Part shown: positions 11,901 to 24,219 of the stretch, piece after piece | Numbering within the stretch: position 1 is the stretch's first letter | Layout: each line of letters opens with the position of its first letter | Assembly: GCF_009914755.1 (NCBI RefSeq) | Contig: NC_060927.1 | Reading direction: 5' to 3' (one strand) | DNA length: 64,000 nucleotides | Origin: the human T2T-CHM13v2.0 reference genome, Homo sapiens | Position numbers and translations under genes: made by a program | Notes under the pieces: generated by a model | Databases searched by the model: none | What the model was told of the DNA's origin: nothing | Seen by the model: the letters and a program-made list of their open reading frames with translations, nothing else

Positions 11901-14900
11901 ATTGGAAGTAAAACACTCCTCAGCAAATGCAAAATAACAGAAATTATAACAAACATTCTCAGCCCACAGTGTAATCAAATTAGAACTCAGGATTAAGTAA
12001 TTCACTCAAACCGCACAGCTATGTGGAAACTGAACAACCTGATCCTGAATGACTACTGGGTAAATAACAAAATTAAAGCAGAAATAAATAAATTCTTTGA
12101 AACCAATGAGAACAAAGACACTATGTACCAGAATCTGTGGGACACAGCTAAAGCAGTGTTAAGAGGGAAATTTATAGCACTAACTGCCCATATCAGAAAG
12201 CTGGAAAGACCTAAAATCAACACCTGAACATCACAGTTAAAAGAACTAGAGAAACAAGAAGCTAGCAGAAGACAAGAAATAACTAATATCAGAGCAGAAC
12301 TGAAGGAGATAGAGACATGAAAAATCCTTCAGAAAATCAATGAATCCAGAGTTGTTTTTTTTAAAGCATTAACAAAATAGATAGATGACTAGCCAGATGC
12401 CAGATTAATAAAGAAGAAAAGAGGGAAGAATCAAATAGACACAATAAAAAAGGATAAAGGAGATATCACCACTGATCCCACAGAAATACAAACTACCATC
12501 CAAGAATATTATAAACACCTCTATGCAAATAAACTAGAAAATCTAGAAGAAATGGATGAATTCCTGGATGCATACATCCCCCCTCAAGACTAAACCAGAA
12601 AGAAGTTGGATCCCTGAATAGACCAATAACAAGTTCTGAAATTGAGGCAGTAATTAATAGCCTACTGGCCAAAAAAAGCCCAGGACCAGACAGATTCACA
12701 GCCGAATTCTATGAGAGGTACAAAGAGGAGCTGGTTCCATTTCTTCTGAAACTATTCCAAACAACAAATAAAGAGGGATTCCTTCCTAACTCATTTTATG
12801 AGGCCAGCATCACCCTAATACAAACACCTGGCAGAGACACAACAAAAAAAGAAAATTTCAGGCCAATATCCCCGATGAATATTGATGTGAAAATCCTCAA
12901 TAAAATACTGGCAAACCAAACCCAGCAGCGTATCAAAAAGCTTACCCACCAGGATGAAGTCACCTTCATCCCTGGGATGCAAGGCTGGTTCAACATAGGC
13001 AAATCAATAAACATAATCAATCACATAAACAGAACCAATGACAAAAACCACATGATTATCTCAATAGATGTAGAAAAGGCCTTTGATAAAATTCAACATC
13101 TCTTCATGTTAAAGACTCTCAATAAGCTAGGTATTGATGGAACGTATCTCAAAATAATTAGAGTTATTTATGACAAACCCACAGCCAATATCATACAAAA
13201 TGGGCAAAAGCTGGAAGCATTCCCTTTGAAAACTGGCACAAGACAAGGATGCCCTGTCTCACCACTCCTATTCAACATAATATTGGAAGTTCTGGCCAGG
13301 GCAATCAGGCAAGAGAAAGAAATAAAGGTTATTCAAATAGGAAGAGAGGAAGTCAAATTGTCTCTGTTTGCAGATGACATGATTGTATATTTAGAATACC
13401 CCATTGTCTCAGCCCAAAAACTCTTTAAGCTGATGAGCAACTTCAGCAAAGTCTCAGGATAAAAAATCAATGTGCAAAAATCACAAGCATTCTTATACAA
13501 CAATAATAGACAAACATAGAGCCAAATCATGAGTGAATTCCCATTCACAATGGCTACAAAGAAAGTAAAATACCTAGGAATACAACTTACAAGGAACGTG
13601 AAGGACCTCTTCAAGGCAAACTACAAACCACTTCTCAAGAAAATGAGAGAGGACAAAACCAAATGGAAAAACATTCCATGCTTATGGATAGGAAGAATCA
13701 ATATCATGAAAATGGCCATACTCCCCAAAGTAATTTATAGATTAAATGCTATTCCCATCATGCTACCACTGACATTCTTCACAGAACTAGAAAAACTACC
13801 TTAAATGTGATATGAAACCAAAAAAGAGCCCATATAGCCAAGGCAATCCTAAGCAAAAAGAACAAAGCTGGAGGCATCATGCTACCTGCCTTCAAACTAT
13901 ACTACAAGGCTACAGTAACCAAAACAGCATGGTACTGATACTAAAACAGATATATAGACCAATGGAACAGAATGGAGGCCTCAGAAATAATGCCACACAT
14001 CTACAACTATCTGATCTTTGAGAAACCTGACAAAAACAAGCAATGGGGAAAGAATCTCCTATTCAGTAAATGGTGCTAGGAAAACTGGCTAGCCATATAC
14101 AGAAAACTGAAACTGGACCCCTTCCTTATACCTTATACAAAAATTAACTCAAGATAGATTAAAGACTTAAATGTAAAACCTAAAACAATAAAAACCCTAG
14201 AAGTAAACTTAGGCAATACCATTCAGGACATAGGCATGGGCAAAGACTTCATGTCTAAAACACCAAAAGCAATGGCAACAAAAGCCAGAATTGACAAATG
14301 GCACCTAATTAAACTAAAGAGCTTCTGCACAGCAAAAGAAACTATCATCTGAGTGAACAGGCAACCTACAGAATGGGAGAAAATTTTTGCAAACTATTCA
14401 TCTGACAAAGGGCTAATAATCCAGAATCTATGAGGAACTTAAACAAATTTACAATTAAAAAACAACCCCATCAAAAACTGGGTGAAGGATATGAACAGAC
14501 ACTTCTCAAAAGAAGACATTTATGTCACCAACAAACATATGAAAAAAAGCTCATCATCACTGGTCATTAGAGAAATGCAAATCAAAACCACAATGAGATA
14601 CCATCTCAGAAATACCATTTGACCCAGCAATCCCATTACTGGGTATATACCCAAAGGAATACAAATCATTCTACCATAAAGACACATGCACACATATGTT
14701 TATTGCAGCACTATTTACAATAGCAAAGACTTGGAACCAACCCAAATGCCCATCAATGATAGACTGGATTTAAAAAAAATGTGGCACATACACACCATGG
14801 AATACTATGCAGTGATAAAAAAAGAACGAGTTCATATCCTTTGCATGGACATGGATGAAGCTGGAAACCATCATTGTCAGCAAACTAACATAGGAACAGA

Positions 14901-15176
14901 AAACCAAACACCATATGTTTTCACTCGTGAGTGGGAGTTGAACAACGAGAATACACGGACACTGGGAAGGGAACATTACACTCCGTGGCCTGTCAGGGGG
15001 TTGGGGGCAAGGGGAGGGAGAGCATTAGGACAAATACCTAAAGCATGTGGGGCTTAAAACCTATATGATGGGTTGATGGGTGCAGCAAACCACCATGGCA
15101 CATGTATATCTATGTAACAAACCTGCACATTCTGCACATGTATTCCAGAACTTAAGGTATAATAATAATAAAAAAA
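8931..15176 (+). mobile_element. Full-length but inactive L1PA7-like LINE-1 (5'UTR, ORF1 from ~10184, ORF2 from ~11273, 3'UTR)
   Basis: 5' CAAGATGGCCAAATAGGAACAGCTC; ORF1 (IGVPENDGEN...YKGKPIRLTVDLS); ORF2 EN/RT motifs with many stops; 3'UTR GCATGTGGGGCTTAAAACC...AACTTAAGGTATAAT. TSD AAGATAAC(T/A)TCTA at 8918-8930 and 15478-15490. Confidence 0.95.
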
Positions 15177-15477
15177 TGAAAGCTGATACTGTTTAAATAA
15201 ATCTTTAAACAGGTAAAACTAATCTTTGGTGACAAAAAAGTAAAAAGGGTACTTTTTGCTCAGTAGTGATTTAAAAAAAACACAAAACAGAGAAGTGTCT
15301 TCCTCTGGGTCAGTGAGTGGCAGTGGAGATTAACTGGAAAGAGGCATGCTGAAACCTGGGCTGATGAATTCCGGTCACACAGATCTGTGCATTTGCCAAA
15401 ACTCGTTGTTTTGTACTCTTACAATTTGTACACTTTGCATTGCTATTTTTACCTCAATTAAAAATATTACTATAAAA
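15177..15477 (+). mobile_element. Putative L1 3' transduction (old L1ME/MC-like 3'UTR remnant) between the L1 tail and the right TSD
   Basis: No TSD directly after the L1 tail; the TSD lies ~300 bp further on, after ATTAAA (~15457) and a short A-run. Confidence 0.75.
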
Positions 15478-15487
15478 AAGATAACAT

Positions 15488-15751
15488 CTAATAATTTAAC
15501 TTCTCTGACTAGGTAGCTCCCTCTTTCATTTAGCAATCTTAAGCATAAATATGGTTAGAAGCACCTGCTGAGCCATAAAGTAAAATAGTTTTCTGAGTCT
15601 TTCAAAAGTTTTCTTCAAATATACCTTTCAAACACTGTAAATATGATTTTCTCCAATAATACTCCAAGTGACACCTGAAAATGTTCATGTCTAAAAGCAA
15701 TGCAAGGTGAAATAATTTATAAAACTACATCTCCACTTGGTTTGTTGTTGT
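15488..15751 (+). repeat. Inserted copy of 7580-7842 inside the ERV 5' LTR
   Basis: ~85% identity by hand; filler ACATCTT(G/A)ATACATGTAT lies on both sides once the L1 is removed. Confidence 0.9.
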
Positions 15752-15792
15752 CATACATCTTAATACATGTATTATATGTATTGTAGAGCTGC

Positions 15793-15880
15793 TAAACACC
15801 CTTTCTCTATTTCAATTCCCCTGTCTTGATAAATCGGCTTCATCTGGGCAGCGAGCAAGAAGAATCTGTTGGGTGGTTCA
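15793..15880 (+). mobile_element. LTR8-family 5' LTR, resumed 3' end
   Basis: CTTTCTCTATTTCAATTCCCCTGTCTTGATAAATCGG...GGGTGGTTCA; parallels 23195-23265. Confidence 0.88.
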
Positions 15881-18158
15881 AATTTGGGGACTTATTTAGG
15901 ATAGACCTTGCAGGTTACTGCCCATGGCTCAGTAGTCCCTTGTTGCCAGTGAGGGGCTACTGAACTATGGTTACCTTTGGGGAAAAAAAGGCCAAGCCCA
16001 AGCAGCTGCGTAGTTCTCTTGGACTATGTACTGCCTCTACTGGTAGGGCACTGTTGAGCCATACTGCATGGATCTAATTGCAATGGAGAAACAGTTCCTG
16101 GAAGATGTCTTTTAACCTGGTTGGATGAGTATTCCAGGTGCTGCCAACACCTGCTTCCTTCTCTTTATCTGTTGGCCTCTCTAGAGGTACTGTAGGTAGC
16201 CCTGTCATAGGAACTGTCTGTCTCTGCGGCCTCAAAAATAAGGGACTTTTTGGAGAAATACTCTTTTCTGGTTTGGAATCTGGTCTGGAATCTTGGTTTA
16301 AAAGACCTTTTGTTCATCTTTACCTTTTGTGTGTGTGCTTTTATTTACAGAGAGGATTCCCTGAAGGAACTGCTATTGTAAGTCTAGCAGGCTCTCCTAG
16401 TTTGTCTAGTCGGTCACATTCTGTGAGCCCTGAAGGAAGCACGACATGCCTAACTCAGGGTGACAGTTCACTCTTCTATCTTGTCCAAAGACCACCCATT
16501 GAAATGCCTGGTCAGAGGTCATCCCACCCCACTCTGAGTGGATCAAAGGTGAGGGGGCTGCCAAAGGAAAGTTTGAGCCTTGTCAGGTTGATACTTGGTT
16601 GCTGAGCAGGATGACTGGTATCTGTGTTGTCATGTACATTTTATTCCAGCTGGAATGAGAAATGTTAGTTTAGCTCCCCTATGCAGCTGTTTGGGTGGGA
16701 TCTTGCAAAATTGAGAGGTTTTTGCTGATGGTTCCATAAAATGGGAAAATAAGATTTCTTTTGTAATGTGGCTTGTCCCTCACATCTATGGTGCTGCAAG
16801 CAGGGGCATCAAAAGCTGCTCTGCTATTTCGGAAGCTACAGAGAAAGCAAACCCAGAAACTTGTCAAGCCAGAAAAGGGGTAAGAATTTCTTACCAGCCA
16901 GGGCTTCTGGCCTCTCTGTATGCAAACTGCTTGAATGAATGGTAAAATTAACCATTTGTCTCCTCTGCAATGTTTTAATTAATAAGGAAAATGATTTGTG
17001 AGACTAGTCTTAGGCTGTAGAAAATCCGGTATATTTTGTGCTATAAATTTGTCTCTGTTATTCTGTTATAGAGAGGGGTACCACAGGATACAACACATTC
17101 TGTGAACCCCTATAAGCCTACTGTTCATGCTGGCTTACAGACTGGTGAGACACAAACTTTGCTGTAGGTCCCTGAAAAAGAAAAATTTAACAAAGTTACC
17201 TCTCATCTTGTTTTATGTCTTTGAAAACTTGACCATATGGAAGTACACGCTCTTGGTCTCTACTATCTGGAGGTTGGGAAGTTTCAAGTTCATATCATGG
17301 CTAGCTTTAAGAATTCTCTTAAGCAGTGAAAATCCTTTGCAAGCTCAAAAACGACTGCCTTAGATTCCTTCTGGGAATAGCAATGGTGACCGCCCCATGC
17401 TGTGGCTCACTAGCTAAGGCTTTGTCCTTTCACTATGGTGACAAGCGTTCAATTCCTAGCTGAGGGAATGAATCCTTTCTGGTTTAATACTTGCAGGACT
17501 TTTGCCATTGATTATTTTTCCTGTCATAGATAGCTTCTGATTTCTTGTCTTCAATTTTATTTTCTCTGAGCTACCTCTGGGGCAACTCTAGATCTTGTAA
17601 AAACTGCTTGCCATCTCTTTAAAGACACCTCATGCATCCATGGTTAAGTCATAACCTTAGCTAGAGCTTACTGGTTTCACGTGGGAGGTTACTTGTGGTC
17701 AAAAATTCAAAAGCCAGAAATACCAGCTGTTTGTCCTGGCTAACGTCTGCTAATAGAATATTTTCTTCTGAGAGTTCAGTAGTTAAAAATTAACTGAATT
17801 AATGTTTATATTTGGGATATATGTGTACAGATATTGTTTTAAATCCCCTGCTTTTCTTTTGTAAAAACTTCTCAGACAACTGAATTCTGTTTCCCATTTA
17901 CTCCTGTATGTTCTTCCTTGCTCTTGTATCCAATCTTTTTGACTTTTGTAGACAGGGGAACAAGAAATTACTTCGCATCATGAGAAAAATCAACCTTGAT
18001 GTATAATAGTTAGATAAGAAATATACTTTTAAAAATGGCTGATGGTAGTTGCTTACAGTGGCTATTTATTACTCCAGGATGACATTCCTTTCTTTGAGTG
18101 TTTAAATAAGAAAAGCATGCTCTTGGATACTGAGAAAGTATAGAATAGAGTATGAGCT

Positions 18159-18459
18159 TAGATCTGGTGTCCAGCATGGATGAAACCTTTGCGTTTGGTC
18201 CCTAAATTTGCATGAAAGCACAAGGTAAATATTCATTTGCTTCAGGAGTTTCATGTTGGATCTGTCATTATCAAAAGTGATCAGCAATGAAGAACTGGTC
18301 GGACAAAATTTAACATTGACGTAATGAAATTCCAGATGTAGGCATTCCCCCCAGGTCTTTTCATGTGCAGATTGCAGTTCTGATTCATTTAAATAAAAAG
18401 GAACTTGGAAAACAAACAAACAAAAAAAAAACAAAAAACAAAACAAAAAACAAAAAAAA
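18159..18459 (+). pseudogene. 5'-truncated processed retrocopy of an mRNA 3' UTR, inserted in the ERV
   Basis: Perfect 17-bp TSD AGAATAGAGTATGAGCT (18142-18158, 18460-18476); AATAAA at 18392; ~50 nt A-rich tail; body not L1/Alu-like. Confidence 0.85.
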
Positions 18460-20762
18460 AGAATAGAGTATGAGCTAATTAAAGAGTGGCCTGATTGCTG
18501 TTGGGTTGCCCAGCAGCCTAGAGGAAATGTCCTTTCAATAAGATACACTGTGAAAGCATTGCACTATCTTCTTCCATAGCATTTCCCTTTTGGGGGGCCC
18601 CAGGGTTTGCTGTAAAAATTAGATGTTTATCTTGCAGATCTGTTTTGCCTTCCAGCTATACCTGATAATTAGGCCGTAGAAACTGTGGGCTTTCCTGACC
18701 CTTTTCCCGAAAAGACTCCATCCTAAAGCCAATAACCTAGTCAAGAAACTTACATCTTTAAGGAAATCTCCATGTGTAAGACTGTCTGGTTTTCCTGGCC
18801 ATCTTGACTGAAATTTTACCCATACCATTTTTCCTTGGTGTAAATAAAATATGAATTTTCTATTTTGCTTCACTTCAGAATTATCCTTTTAAAGACGCAA
18901 ATTTGGAACTGCATGCCTGACAATTGTTAGGGCCTGGAACAGGTAATCAAGAGACTGATGGTCTAACATAAGAAAGAGAAACTTAAAAACAGTCAAATAA
19001 CAAATCTTATCACTCTACCAAATCTGCATCGGTTTGTGTACTTGAATGTGTCATGTGTGTGATGTTTCACTATCAAAATATATGAAAAAGCTCTAATTAA
19101 TTGGCTTAAAAATAATAAGGGCTTAAATAAAATATTTTGTCAGGAAAATAAAAACCTAAATGCCTTTTTGTTCATGTCACTCTAATAATCTTTGAAAAAT
19201 AAAGACAGTTTTAAAGATTTTTGGTAAAACTAAAATGTCTCCAAAATTTACACATTTTTGTCTGAATGAGGCAGGTCAGGTATAATTTTTTTGCTAGATG
19301 CTCTAAGGTTAGAACACTGCTCTATGACTTTTAATAATTGTTCAACTTGGCTGCTTTGGAGCCATTAGATTCTAGGTAATGCCTGGGGACAGTGGAGTAG
19401 CCATGCTCCCTACCAGTGATGGAAAGAGTCTGACACTATCTGCAGTTCTGTCCTGTGTCATAGGCTTCACACATGATACACAATTAAAACTGCTTACATT
19501 TAAAATAAGAGTTATGTGTTATTAATAAAAAGGTATAGGAACATGTTGTTTTTAAAAATAATTTTGTCTCATTTAGAGAAATTAAGGATTGTTTCAAATA
19601 TTTAAAAAATATAGGATAAAACTGAAGGTTTAAGCAAGTTGTAAAAGGCTTGGGAAAGAGTAATGTTGTTTAAAAAAATTCTATGTGGAACAAGTTGGAT
19701 AAAATTAAAAAGATATTATTTAGTTTTTCCATAAATTGAACATCAAAATAAAAGCACACTGATGCAGGACCAGAATCTGAGCTCATGGGTCTCAGTAACA
19801 GGGTTTTCTTAGAGCATTAATCTGCTCTTTAACAGAAAATTGTAAAGTATTATAAAAGATTTATGGAAATATTGCCATATTGATTGGATTGGATACTGAT
19901 TAAGATTGGATATATTTGTTTACAAAGTTTTATTAGGAATTGAGTTAATGCAAAGGTGAAATTTGTCTTTCTCTTTTTAACAATATTTTCATATAATATT
20001 AAAAGATAATGAAAGATTTTTGTTTGCCTTTTGAATAAATCACAAGAAAAAGAGGGGAGAGAGAAGAGAGATGAGACAAATTCAGTTGGCCTCCTGCTGT
20101 CTTTACTGGGTCTTGTTGGGAAAGCTGTCTGTCCTTTATCTATGAGTAAAGGTTTTTGCTTTAAAAACCTTTGAAAAGTTTTAAAGTATCATTTTGGCTA
20201 ATAATTTAACTTACATTGACTTTGGATTCTGTATTGTGATATCAAGTATTTTAAACCTTTGATATATGACAAATTTCCAAAATTAAATTCTAAATTCAGT
20301 CCTTTTTTGACCTCATTCGTCATTTAAGTATTAGGTTCCCTGAAGTCCAGAAGAGACATATTTGGTTTATTTGGAATATTAAAACCATATAGGATACATC
20401 ATCAAATATAAAATGATGTTTAACTTTCTTTGGGTTATATCATATAAATGTGTTGTTAGTATTTGTTCCAAAATAGTATAAGATTCCTATATGTTAGGAA
20501 TATGTTAGTAATAATTATGATTGTTATGTTAAATTTTTGTGTGTCACAGAGATGACCAGATTTCCTTGTTGATTATGGCTTTAACTGTCATTGCCTTAAG
20601 ACTTTTGTCATCCACAGATAACTGTCCTGTTTTGATCACTTTCAAAAGGTGGTTTATAATCAAGCCATAAGACTCTGTAGGTATCTGTTGAATGCAGATC
20701 TCTGATAACTTAGGAAATTTTGTCATTGAAATAGAGGAGAAAAAAGGAACTTCTAGGACTCA

Positions 20763-20824
20763 TGGAAAGCTGATGTGTTCATGATGTGGAAAGCTGATAT
20801 GTTCATGACGTGGAAAGCTGATAT
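20763..20824 (+). repeat. 24-bp tandem repeat, ~2.6 copies
   Basis: TGGAAAGCTGAT(G/A)TGTTCATGA(T/C)G twice plus a partial copy. Confidence 0.9.
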
Positions 20825-22604
20825 TGAGCAGCCCAATATCAGGCATAACAGGAGTTAATTATATAGACTGAACTAATAAAAGAGCCAAATAATCTTTTCA
20901 TTATCATTTTGTTTAAAACATTCCTAATTCTTTTATTTTGCAGAGTCTAGAAACCCTTTTTCTTTTGATCTATTTACTGCTTTTAACAATTGGGTAAAGT
21001 ATATGCCTATGAGCAAAATTTGGAGCATATTTCTTTTTTTCTACCTGCTTTCTCCAGAATTTGAAAACTATTTGTAAGTATACTTAATTTATGGCAGTCT
21101 AGTTATTTGCATAAGTTCAATAAGGATTTATTTTCTCTTGTAACAGGACACCATTGGAGACACTGGTTGTTTTTACCAGATTTTGACCAGAATGACATAC
21201 TTTCAGATATAAAAAGACAGTTTTAATGAATCAAAGTTGACTTACGGAGCCAATTAAAGCACTTGGTTTTATCTAAAGGCTCTAGAAAAAGAAGTTAAAA
21301 AAAAAAAAAAGAACAACAACCAAAATGCTCCTTTGGAAAACTACTATTATATGTTGTCTATGCAGTCCCTGTACCTGTGGTAAGTAAAGAATGTCACTTT
21401 CTGACAGGTCTATGAACCCCACGTTACCTTGGGACCTTGAGAAGAGAGTCATCTACCCAATTCATAGAGGACTTACAAGCACAGATAAATCTGTGGGTGG
21501 GCTCGAGGCTTTAAAAGGTCTAATCTAAGATTGCTTATGAAAAAAGTTCCAACAAAGCCAATTTACAAAGAGCTTATATGGCAAATAATTATTCTTGCTC
21601 CACTTTATGCAAATAATCAGGTGAAATATAATAAGACTAAGACTTATTTTGCAAATAAGTTTGTCTAACTATGATTTGTCTCTATGAAAAATGGGGACCG
21701 GAGAAAAAATTATGTTTCGGAAGAAAAAATTATAGTACATCTGTTGTTAGATTCTAGCCTTGTCCATTATTTTTGCATCTTTATTACTTTCTGCAATTCA
21801 AACTGAATCCTGAATCTTTCTTGCCTACAAGTCCCCAAACTAATGCTTTCAACTTTTTCTTCCATTTTTCTGATTTAGACTCAATGAAACTGATACTACC
21901 TTTTTTCTGAGGTCCTGCAAGATGAAGCTTATTCCTTGTAACACAAGCAAGAAAAAATGTGTCTATTGCTACTGCCCTCCTCCTCTGTAACTAGAGATGC
22001 TTTGCCTCTAACATGTGGATAGATTGCACCCAAAATTAAGCTTTGGTTTTCTTCTGTTTCCATAGAAATGCCCCTTATTAAAAATTTGCCTTCATCACAT
22101 ATAGAGGCCCAGCCCATCTGCAATGCCACTACCTAGAATGAGACATGGCTGTTTGAACTGATTTATTCTCAGGACTAAAAACTAATTAAAAAGATACGAC
22201 ACAGTACATTTAAATTTACTCTTTCCTTTTTATTCCAATTTGTCTTTCTCAGAACCTGTGCCCCAAATCTCTCTCTACTAGTGACGCCATGTCTGATTGG
22301 TTCTTGGGGTTATATACCTGGATTACAAGGGCTTCAGAACAATTCTACAAGGACTTCTGAAACTAGGATTTTATTCCTTATATTAGGACTCATTATCTTG
22401 TAGTCTTCTGTTAACCACCAACCTGGCACCCATGAATACATGTAGACAGCTGCAAAGTGGTTTCACTCTTCTTACCTTGGAGACAACCCCTATCCCAACT
22501 GCAGCCTCTGTCAGCAGGAAGAAGTTAGAACAGCTGTCAGTCTTTTTCCATCTCTGTAGCTCTCACCTTAAGAATAAGGCATGATGAACCCCAAAAGAGA
22601 CTAC

Positions 22605-23265
22605 TAAAACTGCCTTTGCAATTGTTTTTCAAAAACAGTGAAAAAAATTATGACAGTAAAAGAGACCTGACCTAACCAACTCTATCATGTCTTTAACCAC
22701 CAAACTGCCTTCAGTGGTTCCTGGGTGTGGTGCATACTAACTTTGGGAGAAATTCAATTTATTATTTAAATGATAATAGCTCTTCTCAAAATCTAAACTG
22801 CCTCTGTAAAATTAACAAAATGTCATCAGGTTAGGAGGATGTGAGGTGCTTGAATTCATAGTTAAATGATTACCAGCCATTATTTCAGAGGTCACAAGAT
22901 TTGCAACTTCCCTCTAAATAACATCATTATTGTAAAATCTAAGATTGTCCTTTTGAGATGTCTTTTCAGGCATTTCTGATGACCAGATGGCCCCATCCAG
23001 AAGCAGACTCAGTACAGGAGCACCATTTTCCACACCCCTATGATATTGTCTCCAACCAATCAGTAGCACCCATTCCCTACCCCACTGCCTGCCTACTACC
23101 TATACTTGAGAAACCCTAGCCTGCAAATTTTCAGGGAGGCTGATTTGAGTAGTAATACAACTCTGGCCTTCCATTTAGCTAACTCCATGTGTATTAAACT
23201 CTTTATTTCAATTCCCCTGCCTTCATAAATAAGCTTCATTTGCACAGTAGGCAAGAAGAACTTGT
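22605..23265 (+). mobile_element. LTR8-family 3' LTR
   Basis: TAAAACTGCCTTTGCA...; colinear with 8294-8890 plus 15793-15880; last ~10 bp degenerate. Confidence 0.88.
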
Positions 23266-23840
23266 ACTATAATTAAGATCTGGATGGATTTCAAAGTGAT
23301 GTTTGGTTGAAAACTATAGAGAAGTCAATTTTTTTACAGAAATTTCTTAGTTGAATAAATAAAACTAGCAATTATTTATCCAGTGGGCTTTACTAATTAA
23401 ATTAAATGGAAATGGGATAGGGAAGCACCAATTTTAGATGTTGGATCTTAGATAATATTCCAGGGGAAGCTGTTACAATACACTCGCTTTCATAATTAAA
23501 TTTATCCAAATTATGCTAGAATATTTAAGGAAAAGAAAAAAATGCAATGGTTAAAAAAATATTCCAAGGGATTAATTTTAATTGTACTATTAATGGTTTT
23601 CTTTAAAAGAAAAATGCTCAATAAATGGTCAGAATAGAACCTATGTGGGTCATTGTCAATCTTCAGTGATGTACACATCTGAAAGTGTAGTCAATTGACA
23701 TCTCAAGTTAAAGGGCAGTTGTTCTCTTGTTATCCCTTTCCAAACCAGTAAAACAATGCCGAGACTTCACAATCCAAGTAATTCAATCAAAATATCAACT
23801 TCCAAGGTTTAGGTTAAAGTTCACATTCTCTTTGCGTTTG

Positions 23841-24065
23841 TTTTTTAATTGACAAATTAAAATTGTATATATTCATGGTGTACAGTTTTGAAATATGTAT
23901 ATATTGTGGAATGGCTAAATCAAGCTAATTAACATATAAATTACCTCAAATACTTTTCATTTATTTGTTATAAGAACACTTAAAATCTGCTCTCTTAGCA
24001 ATTTTTCAGTATATAATACATTGTTGTTAATTATAGTCATCATGGGTATAATAGATCTCTTGAAC
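23841..24065 (-). mobile_element. L1MA 3' end fragment
   Basis: TTTTAATTGACAAATTAAAATTGTATATATT...AATAGATCTCTTGAAC. Confidence 0.8.
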
Positions 24066-24219
24066 AAAGCTCACATTCTCCTTAATGCCTTCACTAATAC
24101 CTACAGACAGAATAATGTTCTCCACCTCTGGTGTACACAGAGAAATGTATTTGTGTTTTTTTCCATATATACACAAATTTATAAATGTATGCTTTCCTTG
24201 TAAGACTCTTTTGCTGGGT

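Larger units (their letters stand above)
15881..22604 (+). mobile_element. ERV1 internal region (MER4-group/HUERS-P-like), non-coding, with decayed tRNA-Pro PBS and PPT
   Basis: TTTGGGGACTTATTTAGGAT follows the LTR (cf. Pro PBS TGGGGGCTCGTCCGGGAT, mostly CpG decay); AT-rich with no gag/pol/env ORF; purine tract AAAAGAGA before the 3' LTR. Confidence 0.8.

Noticed and set aside
263-14021. ORFs with endonuclease/reverse-transcriptase motifs (e.g. 12875-13462) as an active or novel RT system
   Set aside because: Fragments of ordinary L1 ORF1/ORF2 broken by stops and frameshifts.
16138-16605. 155-aa ORF after the PBS as gag
   Set aside because: No recognisable matrix, capsid or zinc-knuckle motif; lies in the leader with a non-ATG start.
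16879-16895. Palindrome GGTAAGAATTTCTTACC
   Set aside because: As I recall, a usual feature of MER4-group ERV leaders, not locus-specific.
18102-18548. 148-aa minus-strand ORF
   Set aside because: Runs antisense through the retrocopy A-tail (poly-Phe); artefact.
20763-20824. Repeated 24-mer as a CRISPR-like array
   Set aside because: Head-to-tail copies without spacers, in primate DNA; simple slippage.
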